Shown: positions 27,671 through 40,209 of the stretch, piece after piece
Numbering within the stretch: the stretch's first letter is position 1
How the letters are laid out: every line of letters starts with the position of its first letter
Assembly: GCF_036588685.1 (NCBI RefSeq)
Contig: NC_086373.1
Span: forward strand, 29,078,001-29,142,000
Reading direction: 5' to 3'
DNA from: Mytilus trossulus
Lineage: Eukaryota
Length of the DNA stretch: 64,000 bases
Notes under the pieces: model-generated
Seen by the model: the letters and a program-made list of their open reading frames with translations, nothing else
What the model was told of the DNA's origin: nothing
Database searches by the model: none
Position numbers and translations under genes: made by a program

Positions 27671-30600
27671 TTTAAAACATTACTACAGCTTGTGAATTGT
27701 TGTAGGATTATTTTTTGTAAAAAATATTATGTATGGAGAATTTCATAAAAGGTATCAAAAGCCCTCTCCCTTTTTCAAAGTCCGATATTTGTTTCCTTTC
27801 TGTTAAATTCAAGTATTTTCGTATCTCTGGCCTCAGACCACAATTATTCTTCTCCTTTGCTACAATGCATCTTTTGGTACAAGCCAAATTAAATTAAAAA
27901 TGTGCACCGCTTCAAACATGAAATAAATGTCACTACTTATATATAAACCATTATTAGTCTAATAAATATGCTTCTAGAACAATCCATTTTCTTTTTAGAA
28001 CCTTTTTACATGCCAATGGTAGGATATGAATCTTGTATAATTGATTTAGACCGACTAAGGCTAATTTGAGGGATGGTCGGAGGGGTCCTGATCCCGAAAT
28101 CCCGGGCTTAAAATATGAAACCCAAAATGCAGAACTTGAAGAAATTCATATCCCGAAGTCCCGTAAGTATCAATCCCCAAATGCCAAGCCTAAAAACAAT
28201 CGATCTCGACGCCCCGAAAAAGGTCCTGCTCCCTCTAATCTGTATCCTACTTTCATTTTTGCCAAATCACTACTTTCACTTTGAACAATACATTTGTATG
28301 CCCTATATATAGGCATTATATAGCTTGTTGTTCGGTATGAGCCAATGCTCCGTGTTGAAGGCCGTACTTTAACCTATAAAGGTTTACTTTTTAAATCGTC
28401 ACTTGGATGGAGAGTTGTCTCATTGGCACTCACACCACATCTTCCTATATCTATTATGTATTCTAGTCTATGCATCCATGAGTTCGTTCGTTCGTATGTC
28501 CATCTGTCTGTCCCGCTTCAGGGGAAAGTTTTTGGTCGAGGTAGTTTTTGATGAAGTTCAAGACCAATCAACTCGAAACTCAGTAAATGTAGTGCCGATG
28601 TTGCTACGGACACATTCTTGTTTCCACATGTTTTACTTATTTCAATTATATGCAAATGGTATGTCATTGACTCCTTTTAAATAGTAAATATTTCAATGAA
28701 AGAAAACAGTAGACAGAATACAGGGAGTCTCTATATATTAGTGGTATAATCGTAGTTTACGTGTAGATCAACACAAAAACCAAGTGTCCTGTCTAGAGAG
28801 GCATAATTGGTTGTGGTTCTTGCGATCTAAACACCATGATATGGAGAAAGCTCTGATTGTATTATCTATTTTTCATTTTTGTTATCTATCAAACGATTGG
28901 TTGTACCTGTGGATATTTCAAACCGGAAGTCTTATCTATGACTAAAAGTCAGTCTGACGTGGGAATCAATATCCGGACTCCTTTTTTGTCGTGTTTCTCC
29001 AAGTATATCTCAATCTGAATGATCATAAGAATGGATTACAAATGCGACTATGCATGTAACCTATAGAACACAGATCATGAATTAATAACAGTTGAATAGG
29101 AATGAAAAATATAGATTAAAACAGAACGCATTATTGATATGCATTTTGCAATTGAGAGAGATACAATTATTGAAGGTGGAATGTGTGCATCGGGTGGTTA
29201 ATTTAGTATAAGAAATGTTTTTTTTCTATATATTGATGTACTTAAATATGCTATGCAAATGTTTTGATTTAAGGGGAAAATTTGTTGTTATACTTTTATT
29301 TTGTGTTCACCTAACTTGTTGTATATTAAAACATAAACAAATATACATACAAGACTCTAGGTTCTAAAAAGTGCAACTGAAAAGAACATAACAATATAAA
29401 AAAAGAAAATGTGGTATGAATGCCATTGTGATACCTCTTCACAAGAGACTACCTGACGCAGAAATTAAAAATGATAGGTCAATTTACGGTCTTCACCAAT
29501 GAGCAAAGACCGTACCGCACAGTCCGCTATTAAAAGGCACAGCAATGACAAATGTAAGACAATTCAAACTAAAATAACTAGCGGCCTAGTTTCTGTATCA
29601 CAAAAATAATTTAGATCTCGAACATATAAGTAACACAACAACGAAAGACAACCACTGAATTGCAGGCTCCTCACTTTGGACAATATTTCATTGGCGCAAA
29701 AATAAAACCTTTAGCGCTAATATATCAGGAAAATACCGGTAAATAGTATAAAATATATATTTTAAAAAAGACTTTTGATAATAAAAGTTTGTGTTTGCAA
29801 AATTAAATATATTCCTCAGCAATCAGTCGACATTAAACCACACAAGTTATGTTAAAACCTTAATGAAACACAGTTCTGTTATAAATAAACCTGATCATAA
29901 CACTTATAAGGAATTATGAAAGAAAACAGTTAACACTAGAGTTATTCAATAAAGCATGAAACACTATTGTAAAGTATACCCTTAGATAAAACTTGAAAGC
30001 GACGGCCCTGATGTATTCATATCTGTTCACTCTACTAACAACTGATAAATTAAAGCAGTCATTAATAACCATTCAGTGATTACAAACACTTTGCTTATCA
30101 TTCTAGGGGTATGCCCTTTTACAAATGGAAAAAAATGGAATATTTTTTTAGTTTCTGATCTCATAACTTAAGTTTGTCTCCACTAAATACAATGAAAATT
30201 AATGTGTATACAATGCTCATTACCTCTAAACTCAGTTTAAGTTTAACTTTTGGCAGCTTCATTTTTTACAGTTCTTGATTTATGTCCCTTTATAACGTTA
30301 TATGATAGCGGGGGCGTCATCTTTGTCCCTTTGGACACATTCCCCATTCTTTTTCTTTTTAGAAATTAATGAATAAGGGAAAGAGGGAGGTGAAAACATT
30401 GGGGAGAGTGTCAATTTTTCTCATTTCAGAAATTAAAAAGATTTCTTCAAATATCTTTTTTTGAAAGGATTAATATTCAACAGCATAGTGAATTGCTCCA
30501 AAACAAAAGCAAAACAAATATTCTAAGTTCATTAGACCGCAAATATTTTAAGTTCATTAGACCAAATTCATTCTGTGTCATAAACTTGAGCTGTGTCAAC

Positions 30601-32084
30601 TATGTAGTCACAATCCAAATTCAGAGCTGTATCCAGCTTGAATGGTGTGTCCATACTAGCCCCAATTCAACCGTTTAGGGTTCCACCTCTGAAGTCATAT
30701 AAATCTGCGCCCTGTGGAGCATCTGGTACATTATTTTTTTTTTCTTAATTTGTGTTTATTGACATTGTTATATTTACTGTTAATTACTACACTTTCATAC
30801 CACAACACATATTGTATTGGTACAGGTATCACTTATATTTGTCTGCATATAACAAAACAAAATGAAAAGGAATGATTTTGCATTACCTTTTGAATACTAC
30901 ATGTATGACTATTTAGATACTTAGACATATTAAGACTAAATTAGTAGATGTTGATAATATTGGCTTGACATGCTTGAAATTCTATCAGATTACTTTTGGA
31001 GCAGTTATGAGTCTTTGAAGCGTGCTCACAAAGGTTATTTTGGTGAAATCATTTCCTATTGCCTCGACCAGCTTTGGAAGAGATATAATCAAATAATTGA
31101 TAAAAATCAGCACAGACTATTCAAATTAATTTCCTAGATCATCTGTTCCCAAGAATGTCAGGCATTGCCATTATTAAAAACCAATAAATGTGTTCTAATC
31201 TGAGGAACAATTAGACATTTTAACACAAAAATATTACTAATGATACTGACGATCCACGACAAAGTAATATACATAGAACCATTTAGTTCTTTTAGAATAG
31301 TAAGCAAATACATATAAAAAGAGATGGTATGATTACCAATGAGACAGTTTTCCACAAGAGACCAAATCGACACAGATATTAACATCTACAGGTCACAGTA
31401 CGACAATAAACAATGAGCAAAGCCAATACCGCATAATCAGCTATTAAAGGCCCCGAAATAACAATGTAAAACAATTCCAACCAGAAAACTAATGACCTTA
31501 TTTTTTTTACAAAATAAACAAAAAACTAATATGTAACACATAAACAAACGACAACCACTGAATTACAGACTCCTTATATCATGGTCTCAAAACTAGATAT
31601 CATCTTCCATTTAGAAAAAAAAACACATGAAAAAAAGAACCTATTATGTGTTGCTCTCCTAGATACAAAATGTATCCAAAATCAAAGATGTAAAACATAT
31701 TCTATCATAATCATTAGGTAACTAATGTAATTACTGTCTCCTCAATGCCCTTCTTGAACATAAAAAAAAATCATAAATAACACTCCTAATGCTCAGATTG
31801 GTTGTCATCGTGCAACACAGTTAATAACACCATGTTGGAAAAACATAGAACTCTTTTTGTCATAAGACACTGTAAAACATCCAAACACTCATCTGTGTTC
31901 ACACTTGTTTCTGTTAAGAATATATTTCAATTTTCGCAGAACAAAAATGTGTTTAGTGGCACTACAGCAAATGTTATCTATATGTACTGACCACTTGCAA
32001 TTATTCTAAGATCGATAATGAATAATAAGAATTCATGAACCTTAAGAAATCTAATTGGCATTTCTGACGAGAAATTTTCAATTG

Positions 32085-32531
32085 GCATGTGTCCGTTTCA
32101 GATCCGTTCATCATCCGTTTTATCCGTTATACGGCCAAAAGAAGTCCGTTTCAGATTCGTTCAACATCCGTTTTATCCATCAAACGTCCGTTAGAAGTCC
32201 GTTGGTGAAGTTATCTGCCAGACCTACAACGGATGTATAACGAACACGTAACGGATACAAAACGGAAACGAAACGGACGAGTACCGTACAAGACGGACGT
32301 CTAACGGACGTCCAACGGACATTTTATCCGTTGGACGTCCGTTCAAAGTTTTGAACATGCTATAAATTTTCCATCGGACAGAACGGACATCGATGGATAA
32401 AACGGACGCTTAACGGACATGCAATGGGTATGGACGGACGCCAACGGACGTCTAACGGACACGCACAGATTGAAAAACAGTTATTCGTTAGGCGTCCGTT
32501 CGAGCTATCCGGTAAGGTGTGACCGAGGCTT
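32085..32531. mobile_element. MITE remnant with tccgtt/aacgga inverted microrepeats
   Basis: Many aacggac/gtccgtt units, ending gtgtgaccgaggctt. Confidence 0.6.
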
Positions 32532-32680
32532 TAACATTGAAACTGGTAGATTTTGTAATATTGAAAGAGAAAACAGATTATGTAATATGTGTAATAAAAA
32601 CATGATTGAAGGTGAATACCATTATATTTTAGTATGTGAGAAATATTCTGATATAAGGAAAACATATATAAAACCATTTA
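32532..32680 (+). pseudogene. LINE ORF2 C-terminal CCHC zinc-knuckle fragment
   Basis: IETGRFCNIERENRLCNMCNKNMIEGEYHYILVCEKYSDIR. Confidence 0.75.
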
Positions 32681-34399
32681 CCCTTGAACAGTTTCTTTAT
32701 AGTAATCCAGAATGCCAGCGTTTCTGGAACACATCTTATGAAGTATATTGTTTACTGGGATTAAAACCATCAGACATCCAGTAACGAATGAAAAGCAATA
32801 TGTTCAGAAAATATTCCATTAGATATGGATTTCGATACGGAAATAAAGTCTTCGTATCGCCCTATTACTTTTAGTTTTGCTTCATAATTTTGCAATAGTT
32901 TATAAATATAAAATGGTATGATTGCCAATGTGACAACTCTCCATAAGAGACCAGAATGCCACAGAATTTAACAATTATAGGTCACCGTATGGCATACAAC
33001 AATGAGCAAAGTCCACTGATACCGCAGAGTCAGCATTCAAAGGCCCCTACATGACAATTCAAAACAAGAAAACTTACGACCTAATGAAGTTCATTTTTTA
33101 AATTCCGTTTGACATACTTCTTCTACATAATCCCCACTGACGTTTTGATATATTTTGTTCTTCTAAATTTATATTTGGTCTTTAACCTTTTCCATGCATT
33201 ATTTTGAGTTTAGTTACTTTAACTCCGAAAACGTACAGACAGATATGCAAACTGACCAGTGTTTTCATCGAAAACATTATTTCTAAAACTTAATGTTTGT
33301 GGACAAACATAATTGTCAATAGTGTGTATCAAAATGCTGTCTTCATTATAGTATTATGGTATAGTGATAAGACATGTACCTATCTGAAATAAAGAATATT
33401 AATATTTTGAAATGGTAGTTGAAAAGATATAATGTCAATGGGTGTACATGTCAATGGGTGTATATGAATTGGCATTTTTAAAAAGGTGTATGTATTATAT
33501 GATATAGGAATCCCAGAAATAAAAAAAATCTTTTGACTTGTACTTGGAGGCTACATAATATGTTGATTTTCTTTTCTTGTACCTATAGGATAATGCAGTC
33601 TTATAAATACGTTTAATACCAACAGGATTTACTATTTGATACAAAAAAGGTAATAAAAATACGGATATTTCTTAAAATTGATGGTCATCCTTTAAATCCT
33701 TCACAAATAACGGTCACCTATTTACCAACCACGGTCATCTATTTACCAATCACGGTCACCCTTGTTATATGTTACGGTTATCTTGAAAATATTTTAATCA
33801 CAATTTCCAGTTTCATACACATTTCTCGGTGAATATTAATGATTTCCGTGTGAATCTTGTATGTATTTACATCGTACCAATGTATGCTTTTTAAAGAAAA
33901 TGATATAGAAACACTTAAACAGACAAAACAAATAATATTTTTCGTCCGACATCTTGGGATAACCGTAAATGCAGTTACGGTCATCAGTTTTACCCAAGTG
34001 ATACAGTAAATATTTTTTTTCTTTTTGAAGAGTATCATTTAACAACAGTCGTTTAATTACATTACGATTTGTTATATTGATGAACAGGCACCCCATAATT
34101 GAGAAACATGATGATTTATTTGAAATATGGGAAAAATACCAGTCAGAACAGATAATAAGAGCTATTTTTTTCTCGGTCCTTGGGCTTTAGATATCGAGCG
34201 AAAACTTTACGTGTTAACATGTCTTAAGAATGTTTTCTTTTACTAGTTTTAGCTGTAAATAAACTTTTAAAAGTATGTCAATGTGCTAAAGAATGATCTA
34301 TGCAATGATTTTTAAACTTTTAACTCTGCGAGGTCAAACATGGCGGTCCCAAGCCCTGATAAAAGAGGTGGTCCTCCTTTTTCCTAAAACCAAATATTG

Positions 34400-34590
34400 C
34401 AAATGCGCAAGTGTCCTATGTGAAAAGCGCAAATGTCCATTCTTAAAAAGCGCAAATGGTCTATGATTTAAAGCGCAAGTGTAAAAAGATTAAAGCGCAA
34501 ATGTCCTATGAAAACGCGCAAACGTCCTGTGAAAAAGCGCAAATGCCCTTTGACAAAGCGCAAATGTCCTATGAAAAAGCGTAAACGTCC
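34400..34590. repeat. ~20-bp tandem array aaagcgcaaatgtcctatga
   Basis: About 9 imperfect copies, probably transposon subterminal repeats. Confidence 0.8.
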
Positions 34591-34606
34591 CGCGCCGGAG
34601 TCAGGT

Positions 34607-34864
34607 GAGGTAAAAATCTGTGATAATGAATTTTAATCCGAAATCACAAATTACAATAAAAAATGTGATAACGAGTTCCACGAATTGGTTATAACGAATA
34701 TAATCTGTTATCACAATTTTAATTCGTTATCACGATTTTAACTCGTCTAACTATATAATTGGTTATAACAGGTTATATTCGTGATAATCTGGATTTCGTG
34801 ATTACAGTTTTCATTGTAACTTGTGATTTCGGATTAAAATTTATGATCACAGATTTTTTACCTC
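34607..34864. mobile_element. Palindromic MITE
   Basis: gaggtaaaaatctgtgataa..atccgaaatcacaa / ttgtgatttcggat..atcacagattttttacctc. A partial copy lies at ~35897-36025. Confidence 0.8.
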
Positions 34865-36531
34865 TGGGAATAGTATATCTAACTATATATATGTCACAGC
34901 TCACCTGAACCACAGGGTTAAGAAGCTAGTGAGCTACTACACAATGTTTATTTGCACAAAACATAGATCAAGTTTGAAATTGGTTGGTGTCACTTTTACT
35001 GTTTTTGAGATGTACCGCCAATTTACCAAAAACATTAAATAAAAAAGTCCCTTTACCGGCTAAGTGTCCAATCGGTATTGCTAAATTTTAAAATTCATCA
35101 CCTTTAATTGCTTGTGGTCAATTTTGTTTCACTTGGCCAAAAGGTTTTTTAAGTGAAGATTTTTTTTCTTAAAGTTATGAACAGCGAATGGTGAGGATAA
35201 AAGCTCACTTATATTATAACAAAAAGTAGATTGATATTCGTGTACTCCCTTTATTATAACAAATGTATTTGACTCATTACAACGATGTGGATGGTATATG
35301 GATTGTTGGTATATTGTGAAATTAGCCGTTGTGTTGATTCCCGACAGGCTCTCAACAGACGAACTACATCTGTGAGAGCTGGTACTGGGTCTTTGCATGA
35401 TGTGGGGAAACTAGCTGTGACAATGCCAAGGATGGTACATGACATTGCTGCCGATATAGAGGCCGGCCGGGATCGACTGACATCTAGAATATCAAGAAAC
35501 GCGCGATTAATATCATAGCGGCTTGATCAGTTTATATACTAAGTTCTGAATGTCCTAGTAACCCATAGCTGACTGTAACAAACAAAAGATTTGCCGAAGA
35601 AGGCTGACCTTTGTCCTAACTCTTCAGATGTTCTATATAACTCTACTAGACATATATATATATATATAATTTGGCAACTGTTAAAGTCTCACTGTACAGA
35701 CAAGTTCAATAGTTTATAAAAGTGCTTATTTGACATATTTGAAATGTACTACGCTTGAAAAATGTATAGAACATTTAGACAATAATTCTATGTAAAATAG
35801 TTTACAAAGTAGAACCCACATACATCAACTAATAAACTATATGAAATAGAATAAATTTCATTTTTCTATTACAATACTCAACCCGATGGTTAAGATGAGA
35901 TAAAAATCTGTGATAATGAATTTTAATCCGAATAAAAATAATTCCGCAAATTCGTTATGTTATCACAAATATAATCCGTTGTAACCAATTTTACAATTCG
36001 TTATTACCATTTTAATTCGTTATCGCTAATAACAAAAAAATAAATATTTTTGGGAGGTCCTAAATAGGTTGCCGTAGTATAACAACCTAACATTGAATGT
36101 ATATAAGAATCACTCTTTGAACAAATCGTATATGCATACATCATAAATCGAGTCTCATAGCTGGACATCGAGAACGTAGAAACATCTATGACTTCATCGT
36201 ACTTTACTGGTGCAAGCAAATTGGTACCGTTAATCATTTTTACTACCACTGGGTCGATGCCTCCGGATCGATCCGCTGGTGGACTATTAGTCCCCGAGGG
36301 TATCACCAGCCCAGTAGCCAGTACTTCGGTACTGGCATGAACATACGGATTTTTTGGTGTTATTAAAATTTGCTGTTACAAAATATTAGAATTTATTATA
36401 AATTAAGGAATGTATCTCCCTCAAACAAAGCTCTGATTCCTTTCATGGATTTGGCCATAATTTTTGGACCTTTTGGGTTATAGCTCTTCATCTTTTTTAT
36501 AAGCTTTGGAGTTTGAATATTTTGGCCACGA

Positions 36532-36567
36532 GCATCACTGAAGAGACATGTATTGTCGAAATGCGCA
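36532..36567 (+). ncRNA. Hammerhead ribozyme, family B, 5' part (split by L2; remainder at 39851-39858)
   Basis: GCAUCA-CUGAAGA-GACA(UGUAU)UGUC-GAAA-UGCGCA, then LINE sequence. UC-UGGUGC resumes after the LINE tail. Confidence 0.85.
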
Positions 36568-36702
36568 ATAAGGACCAATCTATGTTTAGTGAATGAATCG
36601 TCTGCCTATGAAAATGAGGAATTTAAATACGATTTAAAATTCAAAGGCCAACCACTCACCTTCTTTACACCTGCATCTGTATAGGAAATACGTAAAATTA
36701 TT

Positions 36703-38234
36703 TTGAAAGCTCCAACCAAATCATGCGAGTTAGACCCTCTTCCGACAAATATACTAAAACCGTGTCTAAATAGTTTAGCTACCGTCATCACCAAGATAGT
36801 GAACTTGTCACTGGAACAGTGTTGTGTACCATCATCTTTGAAGGAGGCAGTTGTCCGACCACACTTGAAAAAAGTTGGTCTAGACAAAGAGATATTGAAA
36901 AATTATAGACCAGTCTCTAATCTTCCGTTTGTATCTAAAGTGGTCGAAAAAGTCGTCGAAACTCGCCTTGAAAACCATCATACGTCAAACTCTCTTCACG
37001 ACAATGTACAATCAGCTTACCGTGCGTGTCATTCGACCGAGACAGCATTGTTTCGTGTGCATCATGACATCACTGTCGCACTTGATAACGACTGCTGTGC
37101 CGTTTTACTCATGCTAGACCTATCGGCTGCTTTCGATGTTATCGATCATCCTATTCTCATAAAGCGGATGGAATACTCTTGTGGGATAACCGGTACAGCA
37201 CTCAGTTGGTTGAAGTCATATCTCGAGATGAGGACTCAGCGAATCGCCATTGGTTCTGTTCTTTCTGATGAGATTCGTCTCCTATTTGGTGTTCCTCAAG
37301 GATCGGTCTTGGGACCAAAACTTTATTGTATTTTCGCAAGACCAATTGGCGAAATATGTAAACGACATAATATGTGCTATCACTGTTATGCAGACGACAC
37401 ACAAGTTTATCTCGTCTTTAAACCACTTGATAATTGGACAACTATATCTAAGCGACTCGAGGCTTGCGTTGCTGACATCAGCAAGTGGATGTGCTCGAAT
37501 CTGTTAAAATTGAACGAGGACAAAACGGAGCTGATAGTGTTTGCTCCAAAAAAACGAGTGAAGAACCTCTCAGACTTGCATCTTAATTTTGGTGGAAACG
37601 TTGTCAGTGATACTGAGTGCGTAAAAAACCTAGGCATTTATTTCGAGAAATCTTTGGCAATGGACAAACAAATTAGCGCTGTTTCAAAATCATGTTTTCA
37701 TCAGATAAGAAACATTGGACGAATTCGTCCTTTTATTACCGAAGAAGCATGCAAAACATTAGTATGCTCCCTTGTAACCTCTCGTTTGGATTATGGGAAC
37801 GCATTGCTGTATGGACTTCCATCAACTACTATTCAAAGATTACAGCGAGTACAAAACACTGCAGCCAGGGTCATTACAAGGAGGAGGAAATACGACCACA
37901 TAACGCCAATCCTAAAGTGTCTACATTGGCTCCCCGTAACATACAGATGCCAATATAAACTCCTCGTCTATGTGTTCAAGGCTTTGCACGAGGAGGCACC
38001 GGTCTACCTACAAGAACTCGTTAATATATATAAACCAATGCGAACACTCAGATCAGAAAATGCCATGATATTATAAACACCACGTGTGAGAACAAAAACA
38101 TATGGGGAGAGGAGATTCGACAAGCAGCATCCGTTTTATGGAACGATTTACCATGTGATATCCGGAACATCCATTCTGTGAACGCTTTTAAGAAACACCT
38201 GAAAACTCATTTATTCAGACATGCTTTTTCATAG
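36703..38234 (+). pseudogene. L2 ORF2 reverse transcriptase, disrupted
   Basis: 457-aa open segment 36703-38076. There is an in-frame TAG just upstream, a TAA at 38074-38076 and a frameshift near 38125 before the natural stop at 38232-38234. Confidence 0.9.
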
Positions 38235-38486
38235 TTTTAAAATATTTTATATCACTGTAATTTTTGAAGTTTTAAGCAAATACTTTTTTTGAATTTTTTA
38301 AGCAAATATTTTCTGAATTTTTTAAGCATATATATTATTTTTTTTTTAGCAAATATATTATTTTTTTTTTATGAATTTTTAAGCAAATATTTTTAACTTA
38401 TTTTTATTTATACGGGTTCAATGTCTCCTTTATTTTCAATTTGAGTGTTGATCAGTAAACTTAATAGTACACTTTTATATGTCATT

Positions 38487-39683
38487 TATAAGGTCTTTCC
38501 ACTTTTCTGTGGAAAGACCTATTGTTTTTCTTCTGATTATTTTTTTTTTCTTCCGCCTAATTTTGTTCTTGCGATAAACATTTGTTTCGCAATATGTCGC
38601 TTAGATATTTTGTATATAATATCGAACAGTTTATGAGCTTTTGAAATTTACCCTGCGTAAACGAATACTTTTCTTTGTAGGAGTTATCTCCCCAAACACT
38701 GTTTTCCTTGTTATCGCATCTCCTTCGCAACCGTAAAAGATTATGACAAATTTATTTTACAAAATTGCTCGTTATATCCTTCGCATGATTTGTCCTATTT
38801 TGACCGAAGCGATATGACCGCTCCATATGAGAGTTATTTCCCCTTATGCATCTGATATAAGTGATATGAATTTCTATCTTATAAATCATAAGTGATAGAG
38901 ACCTAGGATCTTTTGATTTGAGGTCCCTGGTCCCAAAAAATGAAAATTAGGTCAAGGTCAAAGGTCAAGGTCATATTCTAATATTTGAATTTGGCTTATT
39001 TTCACTTATATCCAAAGACTGTATAAGATATCAACAAATTATTTTTACTAAATTGTTAGTTGCGACATGTCGTAAGATGTAAATTTTGATTGCAAGCGTA
39101 CGTTGAATGTAAAAGGGAGTTTTCTCCCCTCTTGTATTTAAAAATACGCGTTTGGTGATATAACTCATTAACTAAATATAATTAAGACCTATGGTCTTTT
39201 GATTTGAGGTCCTTGGTTTATGACCTTGAAATTGATCTCAAGGTCATAGCTTAATTTGACGTTCTAGATTTTGACCTTTGCTTTTATTCTATATGTATAC
39301 ATGATAAAGACATACAACTTTTAGAAAAAGGTATCAAACCATTTAACCTTGAAAAAAACCAACCGGAAGTGACCTTTTGTAAACTGGAAGAAGCTATTTT
39401 TTTGTACTTATTAATATAAAAGTATATAGAACCAGATATTTTTGGAATCAGTGTCAACTAAATATTCAAATATAATCGGAAGTAACATTTTTCAAACCGG
39501 AAGTAACAAATTATCTCCCTTATTTAAAAAAAATGTATGGAAACAATATATTTTTGGAATCAGCTTACTAGGAGCTATCATTTGACGATTGAAATGACAT
39601 TTTAAACTTGGTTTCACAACTTTTCATATCAAAATACATTGTTTTGATGGAAAGACCTTCAATTGTTCTCTGAACAATTGGTT
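38487..39683 (+). mobile_element. Helentron-associated non-autonomous element (HINE/DINE-1-like) nested in the L2 3' UTR
   Basis: 5' aggtctttcc..ggaaagacct palindrome/subTIR, 3' ggaaagacctt subTIR plus hairpin caattgttc-tct-gaacaattg, with T-rich ends. Confidence 0.75.
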
Positions 39684-40165
39684 TTTAATTTTAGATTATG
39701 TTTGTTTTTATTAGGATCTCATAACATGGGCTTTCATATTTTATTGTTAATACTTGTATATCTGTATGAATATGTTGTAAAGCGCTTAGGGTAATTTTTG
39801 ATATTATATAATGCGCTATTATAAATACTGTATAATAATAATAATAATAATCTGGTGCAAGAAAATTGGTACCGTTAATTTGTTTACTACCACTGGGTCG
39901 ATGCCTCTGCTGGTGTACTATTAGTCCCCGAAGTTATCACCAGCGCAGTAGCCAGTACTTTGGTACTGGCATGAACATACGGATTTTTTTTTGTTATTAA
40001 AATTTGCTGTTTTAAAATATTAGAAATTATTAGAAATTAGGGATGGATCTCCTTCATGCAAAGCTCTGAATCCTTTCAAGGATTTGGCTATACTTTTTGG
40101 ACCTTTTAGATTATAGCTCTTCATCTTTTTTTTTAAGCTTTGGATTTCAAATATTTTGGCCACGA

Positions 40166-40209
40166 ACATCACTGAAGAGACATGTCTTGTCGAAACGCGC
40201 ATCTGGTGC
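40166..40209 (+). ncRNA. Hammerhead ribozyme, family B, one stem III mismatch
   Basis: ACAUCA-CUGAAGA-GACA(UGUCU)UGUC-GAAA-CGCGCA-UC/UGGUGC. Confidence 0.8.

Larger units (their letters stand above)
36568..39850 (+). mobile_element. 5'-truncated L2-clade LINE with 3' UTR and (TAA)n tail
   Basis: RT motifs [35 protein letters not shown] and FKKHLKTHLF. L2-type 3' end tgtaaagcgc..gcgctattataaat followed by (taa)n. No endonuclease domain. Confidence 0.92.

Noticed and set aside
32419-32784. 121-aa ORF as a gene
   Set aside because: Chance fusion of a MITE end with a LINE zinc-knuckle fragment.
33955-33992. CUGAUGA followed by a hairpin on the minus strand
   Set aside because: No GAAA or NUH after the stem.
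34400-34590. Short repeat array as CRISPR/iterons
   Set aside because: Units are ~20 bp with no spacers, typical of transposon subterminal repeats.
36606-37958. Short ORFs overlapping the L2 RT
   Set aside because: Shadow frames of the RT coding sequence.
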